A stretch of DNA of 64,000 nt from an uncultured bacterium (GCA_947085985.1 CAMTYL010000003.1:234108-298107), one strand, 5' to 3'; numbered from the stretch's first letter, positions 46,863 to 56,417 are shown. A program made the numbers and translations. Notes: a model not told the origin generated them from the sequence alone.

Positions 46863-49541
46863 CTACGCAACTGCGACAGGAGTCTTAGCCTTAGCCCGCT
46901 TAGCGGTCTTCTGGACCTCAAACGAAGGCACTCCGCCCTTAAGTACTACCTTTACCACTCCACCCTCCATAATGCCCTGTCCAATCATCAGCGAGGCGAT
47001 AGGGGTCAGAATCTTGTCCTGGATAGTGCGCTTCAGGGGGCGAGCTCCGTACTGTGGGTTGTAGCCCTTGTCTGCAAGCCATGCCTTTACCTCGTCAGAA
47101 AGTTCAAGCGTAATGCGCTTGCCACCAAGGCGAGCGACCACTTCCTTAACCTGCTTCTCCACAATGCGAGCAAGTGATTCCTTGCTGAGCACATCAAAGA
47201 TGACGATGTCGTCCAAGCGGTTCAAGAACTCGGGACGGAACTGATTCTTAAGGGCCTGCATCACACGCTCCTTAATCTGCTCGCGCTCAGCCTCTCCTTC
47301 GGCGCTGGATGCTTCAAAGCCAATGCCTGCCATACGGTCCATAAATTCAGAACCGATGTTCGAAGTAAGCACAATGATGGTGTTCTTGAAGTTCACCTTC
47401 CTGCCCTTTCCGTCAGTAAGGTGACCTGAATCAAGAACCTGAAGAAGAATGTTGAACACCTCCGGATGCGCCTTCTCAATTTCGTCGAAAAGCACAACGG
47501 CGTACGGTCGGTGGCGAATACGCTCCGTGAGCGAGCCTGCTTCCTCGTATCCCACATATCCCGGTGGGGCACCAATAAGCTTTGCTATTGAGTGCTTCTC
47601 CATAAACTCCGACATATCCACGCGCACGAGCGCTTCCGTGTCGTTAAACATAAACTCCGCAAGTTTGCGTGATAGCTCGGTCTTACCTACTCCCGTTGGC
47701 CCCATGAATAAGAAGGAACCAATCGGACGATTTGGGTCACTAATACCTACACGAGAGCGCTTTACGGCGTCAGTAATGATCTGTACCGCTGCGTCCTGCC
47801 CAATAACCGCCGCTTTGAGCTCATCCTCCATGCGAGAGAGTTTTGCTGCCTCCTCTTCAAGCATCTTCACGACCGGAATTCCTGTCCAGCGCGCCACTAC
47901 TCCAGCAATCTCTTGCTCAGTCACTTCCTCATGCAGTACCCGGCGCGACTTCTGAAGCGTCTTCAGGCGCTTTGATTTAGTCTCCAATTCCTTCTGTAGA
48001 GTTGGCATTTGTCCGTAGCGAATTTCTGCAGCGGTGCCAAGGTCAGCAATAGCTTCTGCGTTGTCAGAGGCCACGCGCAATCGATCCAGCTCGGCCTTCA
48101 GAGCACGAATGCTTTGAATAACCTCCTTCTCGTTCTTCCACTTAAGCTCAAGCTCGCTGGTCTTCTCGCGCCAATCTGCAATCTCTGCATCAATAGTTGC
48201 AATGCGTCCCTTGATTTCCTTTGCATGCTCACCCCCTTCGTCTTTCTTCAACGCCTGGCGCTCAATCTCAAGTCGGCGAATCCTTCTATCTGTCTCCTCA
48301 AGTTGTGGCGGCTTGTTCTCAAGCGCAATACGAAGGCCTGAGGCAGCCTCGTCAATCAAATCAATTGCTTTGTCTGGCAAAAAACGGTCGGTAATGTAGC
48401 GACTAGACAGCTCTACTGCAGACACAAGCGCACCGTCCGTAATACGCACCCCATGGAAGAGCTCGTACCTATCACGAAGACCACGCAAAATTGCCACCGC
48501 GTCCTCAATGGACGGCTCATTTACATACACAGGCTGGAAGCGGCGCGTAAGCGCTCCATCCTTCTCAATGTGTTGCTGGTACTCCTTAAGCGTTGTCGCG
48601 CCAATCACGCGCATCTCTCCGCGTGCAAGCGCTGGCTTTAGCATGTTGCTTGCGTCCATCGCGCCGTCGGCCGCCCCTGCTCCCACAATCGTGTGTAGCT
48701 CGTCCACAAACAAAATAACCTTGCCCTCGGAGCGCTCCACCTCCTTCATTACATTCTTCATACGCTCCTCAAATTCTCCGCGGTATTTAGTGCCCGCAAT
48801 CATGAGTCCTAAATCAAGCGACAGCAGCTCCTTGCCCTTTAGACTCTCAGGCACGTCACCCGCTGCGATGCGTGCCGCTAGACCCTCTGCCACGGTTGTC
48901 TTTCCGGTACCCGGCTCTCCAATCAATACGGGATTGTTCTTGGTGCGGCGCGAGAGGATTTGAATAACGCGATTAATCTCTTGGTCGCGACCAATGACTG
49001 GGTCCAGCACATTGTCTGCAGCAAGCTTTGTTAAGTTGCGAGTGAACTTGGTAAGCGCGCGGAACTTTTTCTCACCAGTCACCTGTCCGTCCTTAGACGA
49101 CTTTAATTCCTTCAACACCTGCATGACGGTGTCTGCGTCAATTTTAAAACGCGAAATGATTTCCTCGGCAGGGCCTGGGTGCTCAAGCACCGCCACAAAC
49201 AGGTGCTCGGTTCCGACAAAGGAATCGTTCATTCTCGCTGCCACTTTCGCAGCAGACTCTAAAGCGCTTGCCAAGTCTGGCGTGAGATACAAATTATAGG
49301 AAGGGGAAAGAGTGCCCGCGGACTCTGGCATTTCTAGCATCTCAAGCAAGGTGTCAGCCAAGAGCATGGTGTCCGTGTCCATGCGATCTAGTACGGAAAA
49401 GACAAGGCTCTCTTCCTGATAGACCAGCGCAGCAAGAAGGTGCAAGGGGCTCACGTGGTTTTGCCCCCGCTCAATAGCAAGCTCGTGCGACTTCTTTATC
49501 GCTTCTTTGGCCTTTGTAGTGAAATTCTTGAATGGTGGCAT
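46863..49541 (-). CDS. clpB: ATP-dependent chaperone ClpB
   Basis: Clp N domain, GEPGTGKT, long middle coiled coil, [22 protein letters not shown]. Confidence 0.93.
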   Translation of the reverse strand: MPPFKNFTTKAKEAIKKSHELAIERGQNHVSPLHLLAALVYQEESLVFSVLDRMDTDTMLLADTLLEMLEMPESAGTLSPSYNLYLTPDLASALESAAKVAARMNDSFVGTEHLFVAVLEHPGPAEEIISRFKIDADTVMQVLKELKSSKDGQVTGEKKFRALTKFTRNLTKLAADNVLDPVIGRDQEINRVIQILSRRTKNNPVLIGEPGTGKTTVAEGLAARIAAGDVPESLKGKELLSLDLGLMIAGTKYRGEFEERMKNVMKEVERSEGKVILFVDELHTIVGAGAADGAMDASNMLKPALARGEMRVIGATTLKEYQQHIEKDGALTRRFQPVYVNEPSIEDAVAILRGLRDRYELFHGVRITDGALVSAVELSSRYITDRFLPDKAIDLIDEAASGLRIALENKPPQLEETDRRIRRLEIERQALKKDEGGEHAKEIKGRIATIDAEIADWREKTSELELKWKNEKEVIQSIRALKAELDRLRVASDNAEAIADLGTAAEIRYGQMPTLQKELETKSKRLKTLQKSRRVLHEEVTEQEIAGVVARWTGIPVVKMLEEEAAKLSRMEDELKAAVIGQDAAVQIITDAVKRSRVGISDPNRPIGSFLFMGPTGVGKTELSRKLAEFMFNDTEALVRVDMSEFMEKHSIAKLIGAPPGYVGYEEAGSLTERIRHRPYAVVLFDEIEKAHPEVFNILLQVLDSGHLTDGKGRKVNFKNTIIVLTSNIGSEFMDRMAGIGFEASSAEGEAEREQIKERVMQALKNQFRPEFLNRLDDIVIFDVLSKESLARIVEKQVKEVVARLGGKRITLELSDEVKAWLADKGYNPQYGARPLKRTIQDKILTPIASLMIGQGIMEGGVVKVVLKGGVPSFEVQKTAKRAKAKTPVAVA

Positions 49542-49598
49542 GGAATGAAGAGACTATGCTAATAAAGACGCCCGAGCCTGCACCTCCTTACCCTACAC

Positions 49599-50357
49599 CT
49601 ATTGTGCGGGCGACGAGGTGGCAGAAAGTAGCACGAGGATACGGTCAGAGGAGGCAACCAGCCCTGGAATCCCCGTAGCAAGCCCAATAAGGTCGCCAGA
49701 GATGTTCACCACACCCGCACCAACGGGAATACCAGTAAGACTTGTGTGTACGCCCGCTTCTTCTACCTTGGAGATAATACCGGTGGTGGCACTTCCGTCA
49801 CGGGTGACCGCAACAGCGGTCTGTCCCTGTTTCAAGGAGCTGCTCTTTATCAAATCTGGCGAGGCGACGGTCGGCAACACCGCCGTGTCAGCGAATCCAT
49901 AAATGGTGAAGGTTGCTCCTGCACGCGAGATTGACGCAGGAACACCTACCTGTCCAGGGAACACGATGAATGCTTCTGTCGGAAGTCCGGGCACCGTCAT
50001 GGTTACCACCGCGCGAGCCTTTGGAATATAGGTAGCGGTCGCGATGGCAGGGGTGCTGGTGCCACTTCCTTTATATACGTATACCGTACGCGCAGCGTTA
50101 GCGGCAATGGCGGCTGACAGCAGATCCTCGTCCTTTATCACCACCGTGGTCTGCTTGGTAACAATGCCTGGCAACTGTGTGGTCTGCACCGCACCTTCAA
50201 CCGTACGCTCCACAATGTGGTTAATGGTCTGGGTAACTGTTGGGGGCGCTTGGTCAAGGAGGGATACCGCAAGCACCGCGGTGGCAATAGCCGTCACAAA
50301 GTTCACCAAAATGGTGAGCAGGAGGAGCTGGGTCTTACTTAGGTCCTCTATGTTCAT
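49599..50357 (-). CDS. Membrane-anchored trypsin/HtrA-like protein, probably degenerate
   Basis: N-terminal TM; LKQGQTAVAV...TTGIIS...GAGVVNISGDLIGL resembles the HtrA C-terminal lobe. Confidence 0.6.
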   Translation of the reverse strand: MNIEDLSKTQLLLLTILVNFVTAIATAVLAVSLLDQAPPTVTQTINHIVERTVEGAVQTTQLPGIVTKQTTVVIKDEDLLSAAIAANAARTVYVYKGSGTSTPAIATATYIPKARAVVTMTVPGLPTEAFIVFPGQVGVPASISRAGATFTIYGFADTAVLPTVASPDLIKSSSLKQGQTAVAVTRDGSATTGIISKVEEAGVHTSLTGIPVGAGVVNISGDLIGLATGIPGLVASSDRILVLLSATSSPAQ

Positions 50358-51526
50358 GTCTTTAGTATACCAGCGGTGTCAAGGAAATTCACACTACGGA
50401 TAAGTGCGCGGGAAAAGGAGCGTACCTCGGCAGGCGTGGTCTGCGGCGAGAAGGATACGCGAAGCGTGGTGGTGGCTTCCTCTATTGAGCTGGTCCTTTG
50501 TAGCACGGGGCGAGAGCCTTCGCCGTTTTGCTCACATGCACTTTTGGTAGAGACCGCAAACCCCTCCGCATCAAGAAGAGCTACGAGGTAATCAGTATCG
50601 CGCCCAACAAACGAGACATTCACAATATGCGGCGCTTGAAGCTTCGCCTCGTGCACCACTGCGCCGCCTATCCGCCCCACCGCCTCCAAAAGTTCAGTGC
50701 GCAGTAGATGGGCCCGAGCGTTGAAGGTGTCTCGGTGATGTGCAGCGTCTGCGAGTGCCTCTGCAAACGCAGACAAAAGTGCAGGAGAAGGAGTACCCGG
50801 GCGTAGCCCGCGCTCTTGCCCGCCACCTACATAGAGCGGAGATAGCAGCACGCGACGTGGCGCGATAAGCACCCCAGCGCCACGCACCCCGCCTACCTTC
50901 TGCGCGTCCAGAACAACAAGGTCCGCTCCGAGTCGCGTCAGCTCAAAGGGAGCTACGATGGGTGCTTGACTTGCGTCCACATGAATGACAGGGTGTGTAC
51001 CCACTACTCGGCGCACATCGCGCACGGGAGTAATCGCTCCCGTTTCTCCACAGACTAGAGTGAGTGCAACAAGCACCGTATCTGGTGTCACCTGTGCACG
51101 CAGGGAGTTTAGGTCTAGCACCCCGTCTCGGTATGCAACTGGCTCGGTGCGCACGCTGAGTTTTGCAAGTTCCTCTACCGCCCCAACCAGGGAGCGATGA
51201 GCCCCCGCGTCATACAACACATGCATATCGCTTGCCTGACGCCCAGCCTCAAGGAGCGCCTCAATATGCCCCTCTATTCCAAGAGCGTTTGCCTCTGTCG
51301 CGGAGCCCGTAGCAATCACTGCGTCTGCTTTCACTTCTGCGAGCGCCGCGATACGAGCACGAGCCTGTTCAAGTACCTGCTTTGCCTTCCTTCCCTCCTC
51401 GTGAGGAGATGCGGGGTTCCCATACAGCGAAAGCGCAGCCACAAAAGCCCTCTGAGCACGCGGATTGACCGGGCACGCAGCGGCAGCGTCTAGGTACACG
51501 CGGCGCCGGTTCGTTAGGAGATTCAT
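50354..51526 (-). CDS. Cysteine desulfurase (IscS/NifS family)
   Basis: VYLDAAA, GNPASPH, HVDASQ, AQKVGG (PLP Lys), GGGQERGLRPGT, STKSAC. Confidence 0.9.
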   Translation of the reverse strand: MNLLTNRRRVYLDAAAACPVNPRAQRAFVAALSLYGNPASPHEEGRKAKQVLEQARARIAALAEVKADAVIATGSATEANALGIEGHIEALLEAGRQASDMHVLYDAGAHRSLVGAVEELAKLSVRTEPVAYRDGVLDLNSLRAQVTPDTVLVALTLVCGETGAITPVRDVRRVVGTHPVIHVDASQAPIVAPFELTRLGADLVVLDAQKVGGVRGAGVLIAPRRVLLSPLYVGGGQERGLRPGTPSPALLSAFAEALADAAHHRDTFNARAHLLRTELLEAVGRIGGAVVHEAKLQAPHIVNVSFVGRDTDYLVALLDAEGFAVSTKSACEQNGEGSRPVLQRTSSIEEATTTLRVSFSPQTTPAEVRSFSRALIRSVNFLDTAGILKT

Positions 51527-51587
51527 TACCTCTAAAGGTGCAGGGAACGTTGCAAATATGCAAGTACCATGGTCTATTAAGAACATT

Positions 51588-53069
51588 ATGGCTGTTTCCC
51601 CTCGCCCACCTATCGTCGCTGTCATGGGTCACATTGACCACGGCAAGTCGTCCCTGCTTGACTACATCCGCGCGTCCAAAGTGACTGAGGGTGAGGCAGG
51701 TGGTATCACCCAGCACGTTTCAGCCTACGAGGCCGTACACGAGCATGAGGGTGTGGCCCGCACCATCACCTTCCTGGACACCCCCGGGCACGAGGCCTTT
51801 CGCGCTCTTCGCTCACGTGGCGCGGCCGCTGCAGATGTGGCGATTCTAGTAGTTGCTGCTGACGACGGCGTGAAGCCCCAAACTCTTGAAGCTTACGAAG
51901 CAATCCAGGAGGCAGGCACTCCGTTTGTTATAGCGTTCACTAAAATTGATAAGAACGGCGCTGACCTAGAAAAGGCAAAGTACGGCGTGCTTGAACACGG
52001 CATCTACCTTGAGGGTCTTGGCGGGTCTATCTCGTACGCAGGCGTGTCGTCTAAGACGGGCGAAGGTATCGCAGAGCTCCTCGATCTCGTACTCCTTACT
52101 GCTGAAATGGCCGAGCTTACTACCAACCCAGAGGCAGAGGCTTCTGGGTACGTACTTGAGTCTTCACAGGACCCGAAGCAAGGAATCACCGCAAGCCTCA
52201 TCATAAAAGATGGCACGCTCTCGGTAGGAGACTTTGCGATTGCGGGAAGCGCGATGGTACCCGTTCGCTTTATTGAGAACTTTGCCGGAAAGCGCATTAT
52301 AACGGCTGCGGCGTCTCAGCCAATACGTTTGGCTGGCTGGAGCGTATTGCCCCCTGCGGGCACGCCGTTTCTCTGTGCACGCACCAAGAAGGACGCTGAG
52401 AAGCTGGTGGTAGCGCCCGAGCGAGCCTCCCTTCGCTTGGACCAGCTCACTACTGAGGAGAAAGGAAAGGTACTGTTGCCACTCATCATAAAAGCTGACG
52501 CAACGGGCAGTATCGCCGCTATCAAGCACGAGCTCGCCAAAATTGAACACGAACGCGTCCTGGTGCGCATTGTGTCAGAGGGGCTTGGCGCCGTATCAGA
52601 AAACGACGTGAAGACCGCGCAGGCAGGCGGCGCGGTCGTCATTGCCTTTACGGTGAGCACCGACGGAAGAGCACGCGACCTTGCAGACCGTGCAGGTGTT
52701 TCTATAGAGACCTTCTCAATCATTTACGACCTCACCAAGCGTATTCAGGAAATCGTCACTGAGCGCTCACCGCGCTTTATGCAGGAAGAAATTTTGGGTC
52801 AGGCAAAAATCCTAAAGGTGTTCAGTGTTGCTGGGGTCAAGCACGTGCTTGGCGCACGCTGGGAGAGTGGCGCGCTTACCGTAGGGGACATGGTAAAAGT
52901 AGACCGCCGTGGTATTCCGCTTGGGAATATGAAGCTTACCAACCTGCAGCAGGTGCGTCAGGACGTGAAGGAAATCCACGTTGAGGGTGAATTCGGACTC
53001 CAGCTTGAGGGTAAGGTAGAGATTGCTGCAGGAGACACCATACAAGCGTTCACCATGGTTGAAAAATAG
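51588..53069 (+). CDS. infB: Translation initiation factor IF-2 (lacking N-terminal domain)
   Basis: [34 protein letters not shown]. Confidence 0.95.
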   Translation: MAVSPRPPIVAVMGHIDHGKSSLLDYIRASKVTEGEAGGITQHVSAYEAVHEHEGVARTITFLDTPGHEAFRALRSRGAAAADVAILVVAADDGVKPQTLEAYEAIQEAGTPFVIAFTKIDKNGADLEKAKYGVLEHGIYLEGLGGSISYAGVSSKTGEGIAELLDLVLLTAEMAELTTNPEAEASGYVLESSQDPKQGITASLIIKDGTLSVGDFAIAGSAMVPVRFIENFAGKRIITAAASQPIRLAGWSVLPPAGTPFLCARTKKDAEKLVVAPERASLRLDQLTTEEKGKVLLPLIIKADATGSIAAIKHELAKIEHERVLVRIVSEGLGAVSENDVKTAQAGGAVVIAFTVSTDGRARDLADRAGVSIETFSIIYDLTKRIQEIVTERSPRFMQEEILGQAKILKVFSVAGVKHVLGARWESGALTVGDMVKVDRRGIPLGNMKLTNLQQVRQDVKEIHVEGEFGLQLEGKVEIAAGDTIQAFTMVEK

Positions 53070-53070
53070 T

Positions 53071-53418
53071 ATGAGTATCCGCGACAACCGCATCAGCATT
53101 CAGCTTATGGAACAGGCGGGCGCCTACATCGCTCGCGAAGCTGGCCGTAACACCCTCATCACGCCAACGCGTGTAGCCCTTTCCAAAGACGGCAAGGATG
53201 CCACCATTTTCGTAAGCGTCTATCCTGTGAAGGATATTGACCACGCACTCGCCTTTCTCTTGCGTCACAAAGACCTCTTCCGTAATAGCCTGCGAAAGAC
53301 CACGCGCATTGGACGCATCCCCTACATCCGTTTTGAGTTTGATCACGGAGAGGCAAACCGTCAGCACATAGACGAGATTTCTCGCGAGATATCCAAAGGA
53401 CACTCGCACGAGGACTAG
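53071..53418 (+). CDS. rbfA: Ribosome-binding factor A
   Basis: Directly follows infB; ITPTRV.LSKD...ATIFVS, IPYIRFEFD. Confidence 0.85.
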   Translation: MSIRDNRISIQLMEQAGAYIAREAGRNTLITPTRVALSKDGKDATIFVSVYPVKDIDHALAFLLRHKDLFRNSLRKTTRIGRIPYIRFEFDHGEANRQHIDEISREISKGHSHED

Positions 53419-53442
53419 CTTCGCGGTAGTATTGCCGTATCA

Positions 53443-53515
53443 GGCTCGGTGGTGAAGTAGAAACACGGCGGATTGCAAACCCGCTACTGCGCGGGTGCGA
53501 TTCCCGCCCGGGCCT
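53443..53515 (+). tRNA. trnC: tRNA-Cys(GCA)
   Basis: GGCTCGG/CCGGGCC acceptor, loop TTGCAAA, U discriminator; T-loop variant TGCGATT. Confidence 0.9.
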
Positions 53516-53678
53516 CTGAACGAAGTGAAGAGAACGGGAGAACCCTGCCTGCGCAGGGTTCGTCGGGAATCGCAAGCCGCAGCGATACTTCTTGTACTCA
53601 AGAGGTCGCGAGGCCGGGCAGGAGCACTTGCTCGTCCGCGAGCTTAGTGACTGGTGCCGTTTCCCGCCCGGGCCTCCA
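53516..53678 (+). mobile_element. tRNA-Cys 3'-associated structured element
   Basis: 16-bp direct repeat TTCCCGCCCGGGCCTC at 53501 and 53661; anti-T-arm CGGGAATCGCA 53564-74; mobility is inferred. Confidence 0.62.
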
Positions 53679-53693
53679 AGGTATACTTATTTA

Positions 53694-54197
53694 GTGTCGG
53701 CACGCGTACCAGAGCGTTGGGCTGAGGCAAATGTGCGAGACGCTGTGTCTCGTTCAACCAGTGTTCGTGATCTCATTCAAAATCTTGGACTGGTGCCTGC
53801 TGGTGGTAATTATGACCAGTGCTATCTGCACATTGAACGTTACAAGATTGATATCTCGCACTTTACTGGAAAGGCGTGGTGTAAAGGACGCACTATTCCG
53901 AAGTCTCCCGTATATTCGCTTGAGGAGCTGCTCGTTAAAGACGCAAAAACTTCTCGTGTAAATCTCAAGAGGCGCTTGTTTTCTTCAGGACTGAAAAGAC
54001 GTGCGTGCGAGGAATGCGGCTGGGCGCGAGTAAGTGAGGACGGGAGAATTCCAATTGAGCTTGATCATATAAACGGGGACAGTAGGGACAACAGGCTGGA
54101 GAATTTGAGAATTCTGTGCCCTAATTGCCACAGTTTGAAACCTACACACAGAGGAAGTAATATTCTCTACAAGCGCCGGGGTGGTGAAATTGGTTAG
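53694..54197 (+). CDS. HNH endonuclease
   Basis: CEECG...IELDHINGDSRDNRLENLRILCPNCH; GTG start 6 nt after TATACT; stop lies inside tRNA-Leu. Confidence 0.9.
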   Translation: MSARVPERWAEANVRDAVSRSTSVRDLIQNLGLVPAGGNYDQCYLHIERYKIDISHFTGKAWCKGRTIPKSPVYSLEELLVKDAKTSRVNLKRRLFSSGLKRRACEECGWARVSEDGRIPIELDHINGDSRDNRLENLRILCPNCHSLKPTHRGSNILYKRRGGEIG

Positions 54198-54259
54198 ACA
54201 CGAAGGTCTTAAACACCTTCGACGGAAACGTCATGCGGGTTCGAGTCCCGCCCCCGGCA
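54175..54259 (+). tRNA. trnL: tRNA-Leu(TAA)
   Basis: GCCGGGG/CCCCGGC acceptor, AAGGT-CTTAAAC-ACCTT, long variable arm. Confidence 0.93.
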
Positions 54260-54461
54260 CATTTGAGTGAAGCGAAAGGAGTGCTGGGGAGCACATCTGG
54301 GAGATGTGCGTGCGGGACCCGAAAACCTTGCGAGACTGGACGCTAGTCCAGCCGCAAGGTGTACGCTGAGATTCTTAAGGAGCACAGCGACTGTAAGAAT
54401 CCAAGTGCAGTTTAGCAAAAGCTGCCCGTCCCCGTAGGGAAAGAGTCCCGCCCCCGGCACC
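54260..54461 (+). mobile_element. tRNA-Leu(TAA) 3'-associated structured element
   Basis: 18-bp direct repeat GAGTCCCGCCCCCGGCAC at 54243 and 54443; anti-acceptor 54281-89; anti-T-arm 54312-23. Confidence 0.65.
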
Positions 54462-54482
54462 GAGATATCGTATAATCACCAG

Positions 54483-55625
54483 ATGCTCAGCCGACTACTT
54501 TCTCGCTTTTCTCCGCACCACCCTCTTATTGAGGTAGGCATTTCTAAAGAGGCCCTACTGCACAACCTTAGAAGTTATCAGACCGCATACCCAGAGTTTG
54601 GTCTTGCTCCTGTTCTCAAAAGCAACGCCTACGGCCACGACCTTGGGCTGGTTGCTCGCGTACTTGATACTGAGCCAATTTCTTTTTTTATGGTGGACTC
54701 ACTCTACGAGGCAAGGCGCCTGCGCGCGGCAGGAGTTCGAAAGACGGTGGTGGTCATGGGCTACACTCGCCCCGAGGATATGGCGGAAAGTAGGTACCGC
54801 GACGTGCACTTCGTGATTGTTGATATTGAGCAGCTGCGGCTTGTCGCCACCCAAGCCAAGCGTTCTCTCACACTTCACCTGAAGCTTGATACGGGTATGC
54901 ATCGCCAAGGGATCACTAAAGCAGACCTTCCTGAAGCCATCGCCCTCCTTTCTGGCAACCCGCACCTCTCTCTTGCGGGTGTGTGCTCGCACTTTGCTGA
55001 CGCTGATACTGAAGGGTCCGCACATGCACAAAGGCAGCTAACCACCTGGAAAGAGATGCTCTCGGTCCTTGAGTCAACCTTCACAAGCATTACGTACAAA
55101 CACTTTGCAGCCACCAAAGGTGTGCGCTTCGCAAAGGAAGCGGGCACGAACGTGATTCGTCTTGGTATTGGACTCTATGGGTTTGATACCGCACCAAACA
55201 AGGACACGCCCCTTATGCCGGTGATGGAGTTGCGCTCCATTGTGGGAGGATTGCGCACGGTCGCAGCGCTTGAATCCGTAGGGTATAACGCTACCTACAC
55301 TGCAGACCACGAAACCAGGGTGGCAACGGTCCCTGCGGGCTATTTTGAGGGCATAGACCGCAGACTCTCCAACAAGGGACAGGTATCCATACGGGGCGTC
55401 CTCTGCCCCATCATTGGGCGAGTCTCTATGAACATGGTGTGCGTAGACGTAACGCACGTTCCTGACATTGCAATCGGCGACGAGGTCATTCTGATTAGTC
55501 GTGCCGCCACTAACCCAAACTCGGTGCCGAGCATCCGTTCATTAGTGAGCTGTCCTGACTACCAGGAATCAGAGTATGTGATTATTTCGCACATTCCCCA
55601 GCACTTGCGCCGAGTACTTGAATAA
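54483..55625 (+). CDS. alr: Alanine racemase
   Basis: VLKSNAYGH (PLP Lys), HLKLDTGMHRQG, SHFA, RLGIGLYG, VGYN, GRVSMN. Confidence 0.94.
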   Translation: MLSRLLSRFSPHHPLIEVGISKEALLHNLRSYQTAYPEFGLAPVLKSNAYGHDLGLVARVLDTEPISFFMVDSLYEARRLRAAGVRKTVVVMGYTRPEDMAESRYRDVHFVIVDIEQLRLVATQAKRSLTLHLKLDTGMHRQGITKADLPEAIALLSGNPHLSLAGVCSHFADADTEGSAHAQRQLTTWKEMLSVLESTFTSITYKHFAATKGVRFAKEAGTNVIRLGIGLYGFDTAPNKDTPLMPVMELRSIVGGLRTVAALESVGYNATYTADHETRVATVPAGYFEGIDRRLSNKGQVSIRGVLCPIIGRVSMNMVCVDVTHVPDIAIGDEVILISRAATNPNSVPSIRSLVSCPDYQESEYVIISHIPQHLRRVLE

Positions 55626-55676
55626 CTGTGCGGATACGTATATTATTCCCCTATTCCTGACCTCGGTCAGGAATAT

Positions 55677-55749
55677 GCGCCCTTAGCTCAGTTGGTAGAG
55701 CAACTCCCTCTTAAGGAGATGGTCCCTGGTTCGAATCCAGGAGGGCGCA
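55677..55749 (+). tRNA. trnK: tRNA-Lys(CTT)
   Basis: GCGCCCT/AGGGCGC acceptor, CTCC-CTCTTAA-GGAG, CCTGG-TTCGAAT-CCAGG. Confidence 0.93.
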
Positions 55750-55996
55750 CAAATAAAAACACCCGGACCTCCGGGTGTTTTTATTTGTGCGCCCTCAGGA
55801 AGACATCTGCATGTCTTCCGTCTGGATTCGAACGCCGGAGCATGTTTCTCTCAGCAGAGAGAAACAGCGAGGCGGTGCCCGACCTAAATTTCTTGAGCGC
55901 AGCGATTAGAAATTGAAAGTACTCCTGTGGTGCAGAGCAAGCCGAGTGACGACGAGGCGCAGACTCGCGGGCGAAAAGCGTAATCGCGGTCCAGGA
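55750..55996 (+). mobile_element. tRNA-Lys 3'-associated structured element
   Basis: 26-bp perfect inverted repeat 55741-66/55771-96 including the acceptor strand; anti-T-arm CTGGATTCGAAC 55822-33; short distal repeat TCCAGGA. Confidence 0.6.
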
Positions 55997-56047
55997 TGAT
56001 TTTATCTGTTTGTGCAGCTTATGATTTCTGGTACCATAGCAAAACAA

Positions 56048-56129
56048 GCCCGGGTGGTGAAATTGGTATACACGCCTGCCTTAGGAGCAGGTCCCTTCGG
56101 GGGTGGAGGTTCAAGTCCTCTCCCGGGCA
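56048..56129 (+). tRNA. trnL: tRNA-Leu(TAG)
   Basis: GCCCGGG/CCCGGGC acceptor, CCTGC-CTTAGGA-GCAGG, variable arm. Confidence 0.93.
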
Positions 56130-56417
56130 CAACAACGAACAAGTCTGATGCGGAAGCATTGGACTTCTATCGTTTTGTAGACCCGGTAGAGGACTTGAAA
56201 GACGGAGGTGCGCGCCGAGAATCTCTTGAGCGAAGCGATTAGAGATTCCAAGTACTCCTGGGGTGAAGCCACGCGAAGCGTGTAGCCGAGTCGGGGTCGC
56301 GCTACTTAGCGAGTCTGCGAGCTTAGTGATGCGTGGCCAAAAGTGTAATCACGTGTCCTCCGGGCACAACAACGAACAAGTCTGATGCGGAAGCATTGGA
56401 CTTCTATCGTTTTGTAG
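56123..56417 (+). mobile_element. tRNA-Leu(TAG) 3'-associated structured element bounded by 58-bp direct repeats
   Basis: Identical 56123-56180 and 56360-56417; anti-tRNA ACCCGGTAGAGGACTTGAA 56181-99. Confidence 0.65.

Noticed and set aside
46439-47177. ORFs 46439-46816 and 46473-47177
   Set aside because: They cross terminators and lie antisense to rpmG/clpB, with no protein-like motifs.
53516-54461. Group I or II introns in tRNAs
   Set aside because: The tRNAs are complete without splicing, and I could not identify group I P7 or group II domain V motifs by eye. A covariance-model search is still advisable.
56123-56417. Possible CRISPR array
   Set aside because: Only two 58-bp repeats with a 179-bp structured interior, and no cas genes in the window.
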